Part shown: piece by piece, positions 41,991 to 54,078 of the stretch
Position numbering within the stretch: the stretch's first letter is position 1
How the letters are laid out: each line of letters begins with the position of its first letter
NCBI GenBank assembly: GCA_965153455.1
Contig: OZ234493.1
Span: 20,574,213 to 20,638,212, forward strand
Direction: 5' to 3'
Source of the DNA: Sphagnum compactum
Lineage: Eukaryota
Length of the DNA stretch: 64,000 nt
Notes under the pieces: generated by a model
The model's database searches: none
Seen by the model: the letters and a program-made list of their open reading frames with translations, nothing else
Told to the model about the DNA's origin: nothing
Translations under genes and position numbers: made by a program

Positions 41991-43925
41991 TTGAAAGGGG
42001 TTAACACAAATTGTTGAATATCAATGGCATGCAAGGATATGTGCATGTGTCTTGTATTGACATCAAGGGCCCTTTGTAGTTCAAACACACAAATTTCATA
42101 GCCATGTGGGTTGAAATGTTTCATTGCTTAGACCGACAATTTTTTGTGTGGAATTTCACAATGTTGTGAATTGTTTATTTTAAAAAAGAATATTTTGTTG
42201 CAAGATTCTTATTTTTTGAAGAAAAAATCATAAAAAAAGAGTAATTTTGTGTTAGCTTCACCACATTTCTATTTTTGGTTGCAATATGTAGCTAAACTAT
42301 AGAAGGAGTTTTTTGAATAGGTCTTAAAGACTAATTGCCATTTAATGTTGCATCTTTCTTGGGATTCTCACCATTAACATGAAAGCAAAACCTTGAAAAA
42401 TAAAACATTGGTTAGGAAATGAATTCATTACATAACAAAATAAAATTTATTAATAACTTTTCAATAAAGTTTTTTGCCAAATATCACAAATAAATAAGAA
42501 TAAGAGTAAGGGCATTTCAAAAATTTGAAACAAAAAGAAAAATTGATTTTGAAAAACAAACCATGAGCCATGATACCTAAATACAATGTCATTAAAATAA
42601 TATCATTTTAATAAAGGTGTAAAATGCACAAGGTCCATGCCATGATATTCCATTAATTTTCTTTAGTTTAAAATATAATTGCACTTTGTGATTACTTCAT
42701 TTACTACGTATGACAATTTGAATTCCTTAACATAAGATTAAAATTGTGATGCAAGCAATTGAAATACATCTCTAAAATTTATGAAATATCATAATACCTT
42801 AATGGCTTTGGCACAAAAAAAAATTAAATTTAATAATGCTGAAATTTCTGAAAAATACTTTTCTTGAAGAAAAAATCCAAAGAAAAATGAGTTTTTTTTT
42901 GGAAATACTCTGGTTTTTGAAATTTCATCTTCAAAAGTAATTGATTATTGAGAAACACATGTTGAACCTATCAAGGTAATACGATATCAAATCATTTGCA
43001 TCCCTTATTTACTTCTAGAGCTTTAAGTCCAAAGTATGAATCTTTTAAGCTAGATTTAACTTATTGCATACTTTGTATGTCTATGTGCTTGAACATCACA
43101 TATTTTTGTCAATAAGGTGCAAGTTATGTCTAGTGTTAAGGTGTTATATACCCTAACGAATACATGGTCTTTGCATGCATGCATGCATGGCCTAATAAGA
43201 AAAACCAAATTATAAACATTATGGGTGAACACATATCATAATATCTTGGTGAATTCAACACACAAATGTTAAATAATTAATTTAACTTTTGTTTCCTGAT
43301 TCATTCAGTGCTTGGGTTTTAATTCCAAAAATTTTGGCAATAAAGAAAAAAATTATTGTAAGGTACTTTCATTTCAAATGATTTGAGCCGTTTTAGTGAT
43401 TACATGGATCTCTAAAGTATGTATCCTCCCTTTAAAACCACCATTAATCAAACTCTTACATCTTAAGTATTTTTTTTTTGAAATTTTGACAGATTAATTT
43501 AATTTATATGCCGAAGCTGCAAAGGTATTACGATATTCTTGGCATGCACACATGGCCTATTAAAAAAGAACCCCAAATTATGAACCTTAAGGGAGACTCA
43601 TTCAATGGAATTGATCAATGTTGGGTGGGTAAATGTAATACCCTGATATACTTGTGGGCATAAAATAGTAAATATAAACAATAAACAGACCCCATACTTG
43701 AATGGATTGACGACGTCTCAATTATAAACTAAGTTGAGAAGCCTCAATAGAAGGTGAAGAACAAAAGAAAAACTAAGGTGGATACTTCTTCAAATTATTT
43801 CATAGGTTCATGGATTACTCCCCTTTAGTAAGGAGAAGGAGAGCAAATAATCTATAGCATAGCTTGATGTTGTAATCCTAAACCCTAAACCTGGGCTTCT
43901 CCCTCTCATCACCCAATACACTTCA

Positions 43926-44181
<256 letters not shown>

Positions 44182-44652
44182 TCAGATATCTCATTCTTCC
44201 AATTTTGCCATGGCATAAGGCGGTTATGCAAAAATCATCACTCTGAGAGAATTTTGTAAAAAAAAAAGCCACATGTTTTTGTACCCAATTGGAAATTTTT
44301 TTTGGGTTACCTTTTTAATTACCCCTACTTGGTTGGTAAACATTTCAAACTTATAATATCCTTTATCTACAAAATTAATATATAGTTGAGGTATGTCTTT
44401 ACATAGTGGAGGGTATTGTAATACATGGCTGGTTTGACCGTAATTATATTATTTTTAGAAATGTTGAATATTTCAAAAAATTATGTTCTTTCAAAAGTAA
44501 AAAATTGAAGGAAAATAAGAATCCATTGGAATATTTGGGAATGTATCATTTGTCAAAAATAAAAATTTCAAAATCAATTAATCATTTGACAAACATGTGT
44601 TGAAGTGACCAACATATTATGGTGACTATCTTTAAAGAGTGTAAATAGAGGG

Positions 44653-45226
44653 TAGGGTGAATCGGCCCATCACCAATCACCTGCCTATGACCGAACATTT
44701 ATTTATATGTTTCATTTTGAGTGATTTAAAATGTTATGGGAGCGCTACCTCAAGCTTTGGAAATCATCTTGAAAGTGCAAAGGAAAATGAGTAATGAAAA
44801 AATAACAAAAAAAGAAAAAAGCTTTCCAATGTTTTTTTTTTCTTTTTTACTCTATTTGGACTGCTCCTACTTTCAGACCTCATAACTTTCTTATTCATTT
44901 AAAAAAAATTTAATTGCTATAGGAGCTCCACCTGAAGTTCTACAAGTCATCTTGGAACTTTAATAGCAACATTCAAGAATATTTTGAGTGTTTGGGAACT
45001 AGCCTTTGTACTGTTCAATGGTTTGTTTTTTTGAGTTCTTGACCCTTCTACTTTGGGGGGTCATAACTTTTTTGATTCTATTCCATTTTTGACAAATTTT
45101 AGTGTGTCACATATGCTAATAGGAAGGGTTCAAGTTTTGTTTGGACACCAGAAACAACGGAGCCCTCCCCTAGGATCCGGCCTGCCTTGAACGCTTAAAT
45201 GTTCAGTCACCAACCTATTTACCCTA
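44653..45226. mobile_element. Possible non-autonomous DNA element
   Basis: Imperfect inverted ends TAGGGTGAATCGG / TAGGGTAAATAGG. No TSD found. Confidence 0.4.
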
Positions 45227-46255
45227 TATTCAAAAACTATTTTACAGCAGAAATGCATTATTGTATTTTGCAATGCATGTGGCTATGGTGGATTTGCTCA
45301 AACTGCAGTGACTAGCCTAACTATTGAACAGATTTTCTTTTGAAAATAATATGAAATAGAATATATATATATAGACCCTAATTTCGAATTTACACTCAAT
45401 CAATACGCCCACCCACCCAGGGTAATTTTATTTTTCCAATTTGTGACATTGAAAAAATGGTGAAATTTCTCCCAAAAAAATCCCCAACTTTGGTGGATAA
45501 AAAAGGGATAGAATTTGTGGAAAAGGAAGTGGCTGCACTCGACATTGGAAATTGCCCCCCTTTTGTTGATTTGAAGTCAGGAAGGATATCCCCTGTCTAT
45601 GTTCTGCAAAGAGAAAAGTAGAGTAGAACTAGAAAAAATCTTTTCAATCTGCCCCAAGTTATTAATAAATACCATCGAATTTAGGAGGCCAATTTGCAAC
45701 CCTTGGGGCCAAACAACAAGCCAAAAATGCTCAAAGTTGGCCCTAAGTTTTTTTGGCCCTGACTCCTAATGTAAAGTGGGTCCCAAAAGTCACCCAAAAA
45801 AAAAAAAAAAACAAACAAACAAAACAACATTGAAAAAAAACCACACAAAGTTTATCTCAAAACAAACCAAAAAAAAAACATTGAAAAAACAACAAAGTTT
45901 ACCTCTTGTTCCTTGAACAGGGTGCAGACTACAGACTCTCAATTGGTCACATGATTTGTCCACCATTTTTGCCCCTTGTTCACAACTCTCAACTCTGAAG
46001 CTTTCGGCTCTACAACAACCATCCCATTATGCAACCCGTTCGAACCTGCCAATCAGATTTGGCATGAGGTTTTAATGCAATATTAAAATGATGAAATGCT
46101 GGATTCTATGCCAGTTTACAACTTATCTATGAACCTTTGTTGCAACTAGGGAAGGCACAACAACCGATGAGTGCATTCATTCTCCCGTACAAGGATTCCA
46201 TTCGTTCTTTCTCACTCCAAAATTGAGAAATTGTGATGAAACCCTGTCAATTACA

Positions 46256-47170
46256 TATAGTAAAGGACATCGGGATGAAATGAAGCTTTCCATCCATGCA
46301 TCCGTCCGTCATCCGTCCCGTCATCCATCCAAACAGAACAAATATATATTTTAAAAAGGGAAAAAACTAGAAAAAAAAAAACAGAAAAACACTTTAACGA
46401 TTAGAAACTTTTTGTAAACACTTAAACATGAAACAAAAAAGGGAAATACAGTAAAATAATCTTAAAAGAAAATTAAATAATAGATGACAAAAATAAGAAA
46501 CAAAACAGAGAGCAAAAGAAAGAGAAAAAAAACCATACTTGAAAAAATAAATGAGGTTTGTCTTTTTTTTCCAAACTTCAAACCTGCATCTAATAAAAAA
46601 ATAAAAATTAAATTAAATTATTTTTATTATAAAACATATTAGAAAAACTAGAATTTTTTTGGAAAAGAAAATAGAAACTAAATAAATAAATAATGCATAA
46701 AAATAGAAAAAAAATGAAGATAGACAAAATAAGAATAGAAAAAATTAAAACATGAAACAAACATAAACAAAAAAAAGTAAAAACACAAAAACTATAAAAA
46801 AGGAATGGAAACAAATGAAACAAGGAAAGGGAAATACAGTAAAATCATTTTAAAAAAAAAATTACAAAAAAGAAGAGACCAAATAAAGAGTAGAAAATAA
46901 GAAAAAATAAAACTTATAATAATGAAGAAAAACCCTACTTGAAAAAGAATGAGGCGTGTCTTCTTTCTCCAAACTTCAAACTTGCATCCAAATAAACAAA
47001 AATACAAAAGTGAAAAAGAAACACTTTATTTTTATTATACAAAATAATAATAAAAACAGAAAACACATAAAAATAAAAAATAAAAAATAAAAGTTTAAAA
47101 AAAAACTAAAACATGAACCAAACATTGTTGAAATAACACACCTGTGCATTAGGCACGGGGTTCAAACTAG
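46256..47170 (+). mobile_element. Non-autonomous Helitron-like element
   Basis: 3' hairpin CCTGTGC-ATTAG-GCACGGG (47141-47159) followed by terminal CTAG (47167-47170). Inserted between A and T with no TSD. The interior is A-rich with a direct repeat (about 46430-46600 versus 46815-46995). The 5' end reads TA rather than canonical TC. Confidence 0.7.
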
Positions 47171-47760
47171 TATCAAATAAGGAAAATGGAGGACCTCCTC
47201 AAAGAAGGCCTAGTCTAGAAGAAGCTTCACCTAATGCAACAGCACATCTTAAAATAGAAATCGTTTGCACATGTTGTAATGCCACTAACACTCTTTGCAT
47301 ATAAACTGTGCACAAAATTAAAAAAAAGAGGGCTTCCAATGCCTTTCATTCCTCATGTTATGTTAGCACATCAATGAAGGAACATGCCCCACTTGCTAGT
47401 GTGGATATCCGAAAACTTCAATAGTTATAAGGAAAAACATGTTTGTTGGGATTCAATCAAAATAAAGACCATCTTTTATTTGAGTTACAATTATCATTGC
47501 AACCCCATGAGAAAGAGTAGCTCGTGAAACGAAATCAATTTGAATTGGGTTGACAATGATAACATCTGTTGATGTGTAAACACCATTGAGCGATAACACA
47601 ATGTCAATTCAATAACACGATGATTGTAAAGTAGGGAGCAAAAGGACATGAATTTATTAGCATCAGACATGAAATCTTGCATTTTTGGTAATGATCATAA
47701 AAATATTTTGCATAATATGATGCAAGGCCATCCTCTCCCCACCATACATGCAACAAAAAA
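47171..47760 (-). mobile_element. CRE/SLACS-like non-LTR relic, copy 2 (its 3' tip lies at 46234-46255, beyond the Helitron)
   Basis: IDIVLSLNGVYTSTDVIIVNP (resembles the RLE PD..D motif) and YMQRVLVALQHVQTISIL..LGEASSRL. Nucleotide homology to 6717-6850. Confidence 0.7.
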
Positions 47761-49075
47761 AAGTGAAACCCCGTAAAACTCAAAGATCGTATACAAATGC
47801 TATCACAAAATCTAAAGGATGGAAAAAAACTCAACCTAGTGCATAATGAGATATAAAAAAACATTTAAAGATAGATGAAAAAAATAAAAATGATTGGGCA
47901 CACTAATAACTAAACATTCACATCAACCCCAAACACAACCTCAAACACACTCAATGTGAATTGAAAAATAAATAAATAAAATATTAATAAATGATTAGTC
48001 CTACAATCTTTTTGAAATACTCTCCTAAAAATGACTCATGCCTCTCTCGGCCAACTGCTCCAAAAAGGCGACATTGTTTTTAACGAGAAAGTTTTACGTA
48101 ATTTGTACTTACTTCCCATTATGGTTTGGTGTTAATTGATTTTGAAGGGGTTAATCGGAATTTAAAAAAAAAGAAAACCTAGCCTCAGTTTGCCAAATTT
48201 CTCGATCACTATATGTAATTGTCCAAAACATTGAGAATTTAAATACCCCAATATCTTCATGAAAGTACTATTGTCCCTGGCCAGGACACTTTTTTTTAAT
48301 TTTTTTCCATTCGGTTCTTGTTTCGCAATTCGGGGGCGTACCGGCCAGTTTTTGGTTCATCTCATCCGTCCAATTGATGAAGTTCCTCGGTTGTTAGGCC
48401 AGGGAAGGCCTGGCGGTCATCTGGCCAATACACCTTGGACCTCCACCTTCAACCTTAGTTTCAAGGGCAGGGCCTTCTCTTTCTTTTTTTTTCCTTTTTT
48501 TCTCTCCGGAAAAGAGAGAGAAAAAAAAATTGCTTGATGCAATTCCCTCTTAGGATTTGTCCATTGTGTACAAATGAACTTCACAACTTATTCAAATTGC
48601 AAAATTACAAATATTTCTCGTCCGGTTTTTTTTTTTTTTTGTGGAACTTGGTGACGAAACAAGGTCAGTGCAACTTCAACAAACTATTTTTTGGGGTATA
48701 AAATGACCCAAAATGGGCATTTTCTGAGGGGGAAAAAAAAAGAAGTGAAATCACCAGATTTAGACAATAGGTTCGAGCATGTCACCAAAATACAATGGGA
48801 TTTCTAAATTTTTCTACCCTCGTCTGTAGCCAAATTTGGCTAAATCGTTTTGTGGATGATTTAATGCTTGCTAAATATCGTATTTTTAGGCTAGAGGAGT
48901 AGAGAGCATTTGGCCAACAGAATATGGGAGAAAGGAAATAGCAAAGGTTTATGAATTCAAAATAGACTGCCTTCACGAACTGAGAGTCATCCCATGGATG
49001 AATCATCCATGTAGGTGTAACTCTCTAACCATAATTTCCCCTTCGTAAGGTGATGATGGGTTCTTCTCTTTCGTC

Positions 49076-49665
49076 TAGGGTTTCATTGCACTGGGTCTTG
49101 ACCCCGGTAATCTCCAGAGCTTTCCTGTGTTGAAGCGCTCTTCGGTGGAGCTTGACAGACATTGCTTTCTTGAAGGCGGTGGGTGGCTTCTGTGCAGCTG
49201 TAGTGTGTGCATCGAACCCTGCTAGTTTCATTTGGAAGTGGGTTTCTTCTGTGGATTCGAGAATTGGGAAGTATCAAACCGAAGCTCTGCTCTTGAATCA
49301 ACGGAGTGTGGTGGCTGCTGGTCTGGGGCAGGAGGAGTGAGCAGGAGGCGGCTGAAGCGTGCCTACGTGGGGTGCAGGGATGGGGAGGTGTCCTAATCAT
49401 AAGAACAGCCATGGGAAGCATTATTCCCACAAGACAGCACGGAGAGCAAAGTTTCTGGTCAAAGATATCCTTGCAACTTCTTCACCTGTTTCCCTCTATC
49501 TTCTCTTCTCTAAGGCCTACTCTTCTTCTTCTTCTTCTTCTTCTATGCTGCAGATTATGCATCCAGAGAAATGTTCGACACAATTTCTCAGTCGCTGAGG
49601 TTTATGTTCTGACTGTCTCAAAGACTGCTTTGGTTTAGGGTTTTGGAGGTCATAATTAGGGTTTA
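49076..49665. promoter_or_regulatory. Telo-box elements (AAACCCTA) around the 5' end of the ZNF593-like gene
   Basis: TAGGGTTT at 49076-49083 and twice early in intron 1 (about 49636 and 49657). Telo-boxes are known in plant ribosome-biogenesis and translation genes, but the motif is also common elsewhere in this window. Confidence 0.4.
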
Positions 49666-52085
49666 TGTTCTGTCAATTGTGTTCAGTTCTCTTCGATAAG
49701 TCTGGTGGGTCGATCCAGATCTCTTGATCCACATGGTCTTTCTCTCGGTATAGTGATTCTTTGTATTGCAACTTGAATGTAACAATTTGCTTGTACTTTT
49801 CTCATAGATTTGTGTTTTGGGAGGCTGTAGGTTTTTGGGTTTAAGGTTTGGGGTTTGATATCAATCTGCATTTATCAAAATCAAAACTGCAAATTAACTT
49901 GGCAACTTTATCCTTGCAAAGAGAATGCGTGTTAAAGAGATGGACCCCCCTCGTCTTTTTATTAAATTGGAGCTTTAAATCCAGTGACATTGTAGTCTCA
50001 ATCAACTTAAAGTGATGATGATTTTACTATTGTTATCACATGTTACTGATCATTGCTAATTCTGGTTGAAAACTTAGAGAGAGTATTGATTGGTTTGAGT
50101 GATGCTTCTGACTTGAATTAGGATTTCACAAGTCCCATTCTAGTACAAACCTTGACACAAAATGATCACGAGATGACTTGATCCACACAGAGCTTCGCAA
50201 AGTTGATGTACCAAGGACACAAGAACCCAATTCTGATCTTCCTGGTTTAGGCCAATTTTACTGCCTACATTGCGAGTAAGTCTCTCTTCTTGTACTCTGG
50301 ACAATGGAAATGACATATACACTTTGTGTTGAGAAGGTGTGAGAATAGTTCTCATCTGGTGTTTGGACATTGCTTTGATTAATGTTGGGTAGCATAGATT
50401 TCAAAGACTAAGCAAGAACAGCAATGCTAAACACATTGGTTTGATTTTCAGTCGCTACTTCAACAATGCTTCTGTTCGAGATGATCACTACAAGACAAAG
50501 AAGCACAAAAAAAGGTATCATATATCTACATGCAGCCCCACTCTCTCGTTTTATTGCAGCTGTTTGATTTCTCAGCTTTTTATGCAAAGAATAACCTATC
50601 AAATCTGAAAGCTTGAATGAGATTTCCAGCGACACAAGTTTTTTGTAGGATGCTTGAGTTGCACCATTGCAGGTTTTTGTTGGTTTAGAGGACAACCTTT
50701 AACTTCAGATTTGTTTGGTTATAGACTAAGGACAGGTTAATGTTCATGTAGTTTTTCCATAGATTCTAGGTAGCAGAAGCTTTAGATTATTCTTCTGGAC
50801 TAGGTTTCCTGATGGATAACTTGTTCCTCAGATTCAATTATCAGTCTAGGCAGGCAATCAGTATCCCTATTTGTTGTAATTGTGTGGTCTGTTTCACTAA
50901 GTTCTACCTGCTTATCAATTATGAGTTTGGTGTTTGAAATGTGTTATGAAGTCTAAATGCTTTTCCTGTTTTCCTTCTAATTTATCTTCAAATAGAAGGT
51001 TCATGAATGGCATGTTCGGTCCTCACCCCTGATTTCCCTGACTTCATGTACCTAGATTTTATTGGTGCTGACACATACCCCAAATCATCCTGTAAGCTCA
51101 ATCAGTTCTCCGAAGATGACAGGGTTACTCCTCAAAGGTAGCGTCAAAATAAACCAGACCAGAGATTTGCTTAACAAAGAAAGATTTATGTTTGGTGTTT
51201 CCACCTTTGGAATCTTCAAAATGATTATTTCAAGGGCTTCTGGATTCTGAGTACAGGCACTTGAAAACTGACTTTGTCCTCAGAGATCATGATCATAAGG
51301 TTGTTTGTGTTGTTTCTCTCTCCTGTTCCTGATATTGAGTCATGTTGAGCTAGCTGGCATCATGGCTGAGTCTTCCATTTACTGACAGTCTTGTGACATT
51401 GACCCTCCACCCACTGCCAGGAGATGATGAAGTCAGTAGGGATGTCATGGTAGTACGTCACTACCATGCATGTTGATATTGAAGGCACTGAATATGAATG
51501 TGTGACCGTTGCTATCATTCAAACTGTGCCTCAATTGCTTTGGGTTTTGTAGGGTTCAACCTCCTTTGTTTCCAGTTTGCTGATCTGTTTTTGATTCTTA
51601 AATATCTTTAACCTTATTATCAGATTAGCTCTTGGTTCCTATTACCAATGATGATGAAGATATTTTTTCATCATGTGAGGGAACATCTGGGCAGTAATTT
51701 CAGAGTGTCTGAACTCCCAGCACCTGATTCTGTAGTTAGAACTGGCATTTCTGATCATGTGGATTCTTGTGGCTGTAGCAGTAGTTCATGAGGATGTTAC
51801 TTTTGCCTTAGTGCCATGTCCTGGTCACTGGGGTATCATCCTGCATCCTCCCAGTCATTGTTTTCCAGTATGTTTTGCTTCCATGAGCTAGAAACATACT
51901 CTACACAATGTACTGGTAAGCAATTAACTGATTGAAGTTCAATGTTTTTGTTGAGAGTGTGCAGGGTGAAAATGATGGATGGTGCTGCCCCACACAATCA
52001 AATTGATGCAGAGGTTGCAGCAGGCATGGGTCGTCCAGATAATGGGCCTAGATTACAAGTGGAGGATCCAGCTATGACCTTGTGA
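49380..52085 (+). CDS. ZNF593: ZNF593/Bud20-like C2H2 zinc-finger protein (pre-60S ribosome biogenesis/export factor family), 4 exons, 124 aa
   Basis: Exons 49380-49464, 50170-50275, 50452-50514, 51965-52085 (375 nt). Translation: MGRCPNHKNSHGKHYSHKTARRAKFLVKGDDLIHTELRKVDVPRTQEPNSDLPGLGQFYCLHCDRYFNNASVRDDHYKTKKHKKRVKMMDGAAPHNQIDAEVAAGMGRPDNGPRLQVEDPAMTL. DLPGLGQFYCLHCDRYF...HxKTKKHKKR...AAGMG is the family signature. Confidence 0.95.
49465..50169 (+). other. U12-type (minor spliceosome) AT-AC intron, intron 1 of the ZNF593-like gene
   Basis: 5' splice site ATATCCTT at 49465, branch-point match CCTTGAC at 50150-50156, terminal AC at 50168-50169. Removing it restores FLVK-G-DDL in frame. Confidence 0.93.
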
Positions 52086-53438
52086 ACCATGACATGAATT
52101 CTGTGGTTTAAAGAATGTTCCACGATAACCAAAGAGTAAATCCAGTGTAGTCATAGTGGTATTGTCACCCTGAGCTTGACATGTTGCAGGTTTAGTTTTG
52201 ACCTCTCAAAGTCTTTTTCTTTGATGAAGAAACAGTGAAGTTGTTGCGTCAATCCACCCTGTTTGATCCTCGGATTTGACAGAGACCACCAGTAAATCCT
52301 TCAGAGGCACTGAGCAGAAAAAGCAGTGTATTCATAGTGCAGAGATAACTGAACATGACCTTTAGATCTGAATGTTACAACAATCAGGGGTGTGGAGTAG
52401 GGAATTGGCACCTTGATCTTGGACACAATGGAGGAGGTCTTGGCTTTGTTGCAGGAGCTACCAAGTTGGGTCTGATAGGAAGGCGTTGCACATGAAATCT
52501 ATGCTATGCACAATCTCTGTAGAATGCTCTCCAGTCATTGATTGGTACAGCAGCAGAGTACAATGCCAACAATTTATCAAATTTAATAGACATCTGGAAT
52601 CTCGACACTAGAGAACTGTTCAAAATGTGGCTGTACTGTGTGACATGTGGCATCCTTTGTTGCTGCTGTCTTAGATGTATCTTGACACATCCTTCATTGA
52701 TTGATTGTTTCTTTAGAGACTAAGTGTTTGATGTATCCTTAATGGGTGGATTGTTTCTTGTGAGACAAACATGAAAAGGCATTTACAGGATTTATGAGGA
52801 AAGAGCATCACAGAGCAAGTAGTTGTACCATGTCCTTGACTGCAGAAAAAGCAACTGCAAGTGTGTTACAGGCACACAATCAATGTGATGGTGTCTTACA
52901 TTGTGCCGCTTAGTTTGAACAAGTTTGGATGTGTGGGACATGATAGGAGGAGGCACATGATAGGACCAGATTGTGGGAGCATAAACCAGGCCTTGAATGG
53001 TGGAAACTGACAACCCAGAACCTGGATCACCTGGACATTGCCAAACCCGATAAAGTATGTATCTGCAACACCGAGGTGTGGATGTTCATAAGAATTGATA
53101 ATTATGGTGTGTATTTTGTTGGTTTAAACTCATACAAAGAGAGCTCTGCTCACCTGCTTGTTTCAAATTGTCCAATAATTCTTAAGTAGCAAGTGGTTTT
53201 GTGGTATTACTGGATTTCTTTGGGAAAACACAGGGACATGTTTTCTCTCTTGACAAAAGGGTCATGCAAAGAGCATATTTTCTTCCTAGTGGTCACTGGG
53301 GCCCAGTCCAGTGAGTGACCGGAACAATTTAGTAGAAAAGGCCTCATTGAAAATCTGTTGATGAATTCGCTATCTGTAATTTGGTGGTACACCCTAGACA
53401 TTGTGTGCTTAGAGCAGCCGCAATGGTATAATGCATTA

Positions 53439-53760
53439 GAGCAACTCCACTGGTGCGGAGTACGCGACCTGCAAATTAAAATTGGATGAAGAAAAGTCAA
53501 AACATGCTGGTTTGGCTCAGCAAAATGGTTTTGGCCCCGCATTTTTGCAGTTTGCTGACGCTGATAAAAGGCCAAGCAAAGCCTAACACCTGCTCTTGAT
53601 TGGGTAGATAGTTTGATTGATCCAAGTGGGTTGCAGTAGTCTCCCACCTATTTGCAGTCCCGTTTTAGTTTTATGGCTGGGGTAGAATAAGTAAATAACT
53701 AAACTTGGATATAAGAAATATTTGTGTAAGGTCACACATTGAGCACTCCTGGAGATGCTC
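53439..53760. mobile_element. Tourist/PIF-like MITE
   Basis: Ends GAGCAACTCCA / TGGAGATGCTC. Flanks are TTA and TTT (imperfect 3-bp TSD). A similar end, TAAGAGCATCTCCA, occurs at 31561. Confidence 0.55.
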
Positions 53761-54050
53761 TTTATATGGCATGAACACACTAATTTGGGTGGAAGTACAA
53801 GCTTTGAAAAGCATGTAATCGGAGTTTGGATGTGGGTTAATATGGACCCAATATAGAGTGCTCTCCAAGAGGGTCAATAAATGTTTTTGGCTTTTGGTTG
53901 GCTGGTCATAGTTATTTTCCCATTCTTAAATGATCTTTGAATTTATATTATCCAATATTTCATATTTATGAGTGCGGATGGGGAAATGGGTAATACTACT
54001 CTATGTTGAAAATGGTAAAGAGTTATAGAGGTCCAAATAGAGGGGGTTTG

Positions 54051-54078
54051 GGTTTAGGGTTTAGGGTTTAAGGTTTAG
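54051..54078 (+). repeat. Short interstitial plant telomere-type repeat (TTTAGGG)n
   Basis: GGTTTAGGGTTTAGGGTTTAAGGTTTAG. Confidence 0.8.

Noticed and set aside
43876-43892. Telomerase RNA template (CTAAACCCTAAACC); also AACCCTAAA at 29289
   Set aside because: No USE/TATA promoter or other telomerase RNA features seen; telomere-like motifs are common throughout the window.
46608-47007. Phe/Leu-rich membrane-like ORFs
   Set aside because: Translation of the T-rich strand of the Helitron interior.
49306-49638. 110-aa ORF with a poly-Leu signal-like stretch
   Set aside because: Alternative frame over ZNF593-like exon 1 and the (CTT)n tract in the U12 intron.
52733-52740. Second U12 donor GTATCCTT
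   Set aside because: Lies in a short imperfect tandem duplication downstream of the stop; no coding exon requires it.
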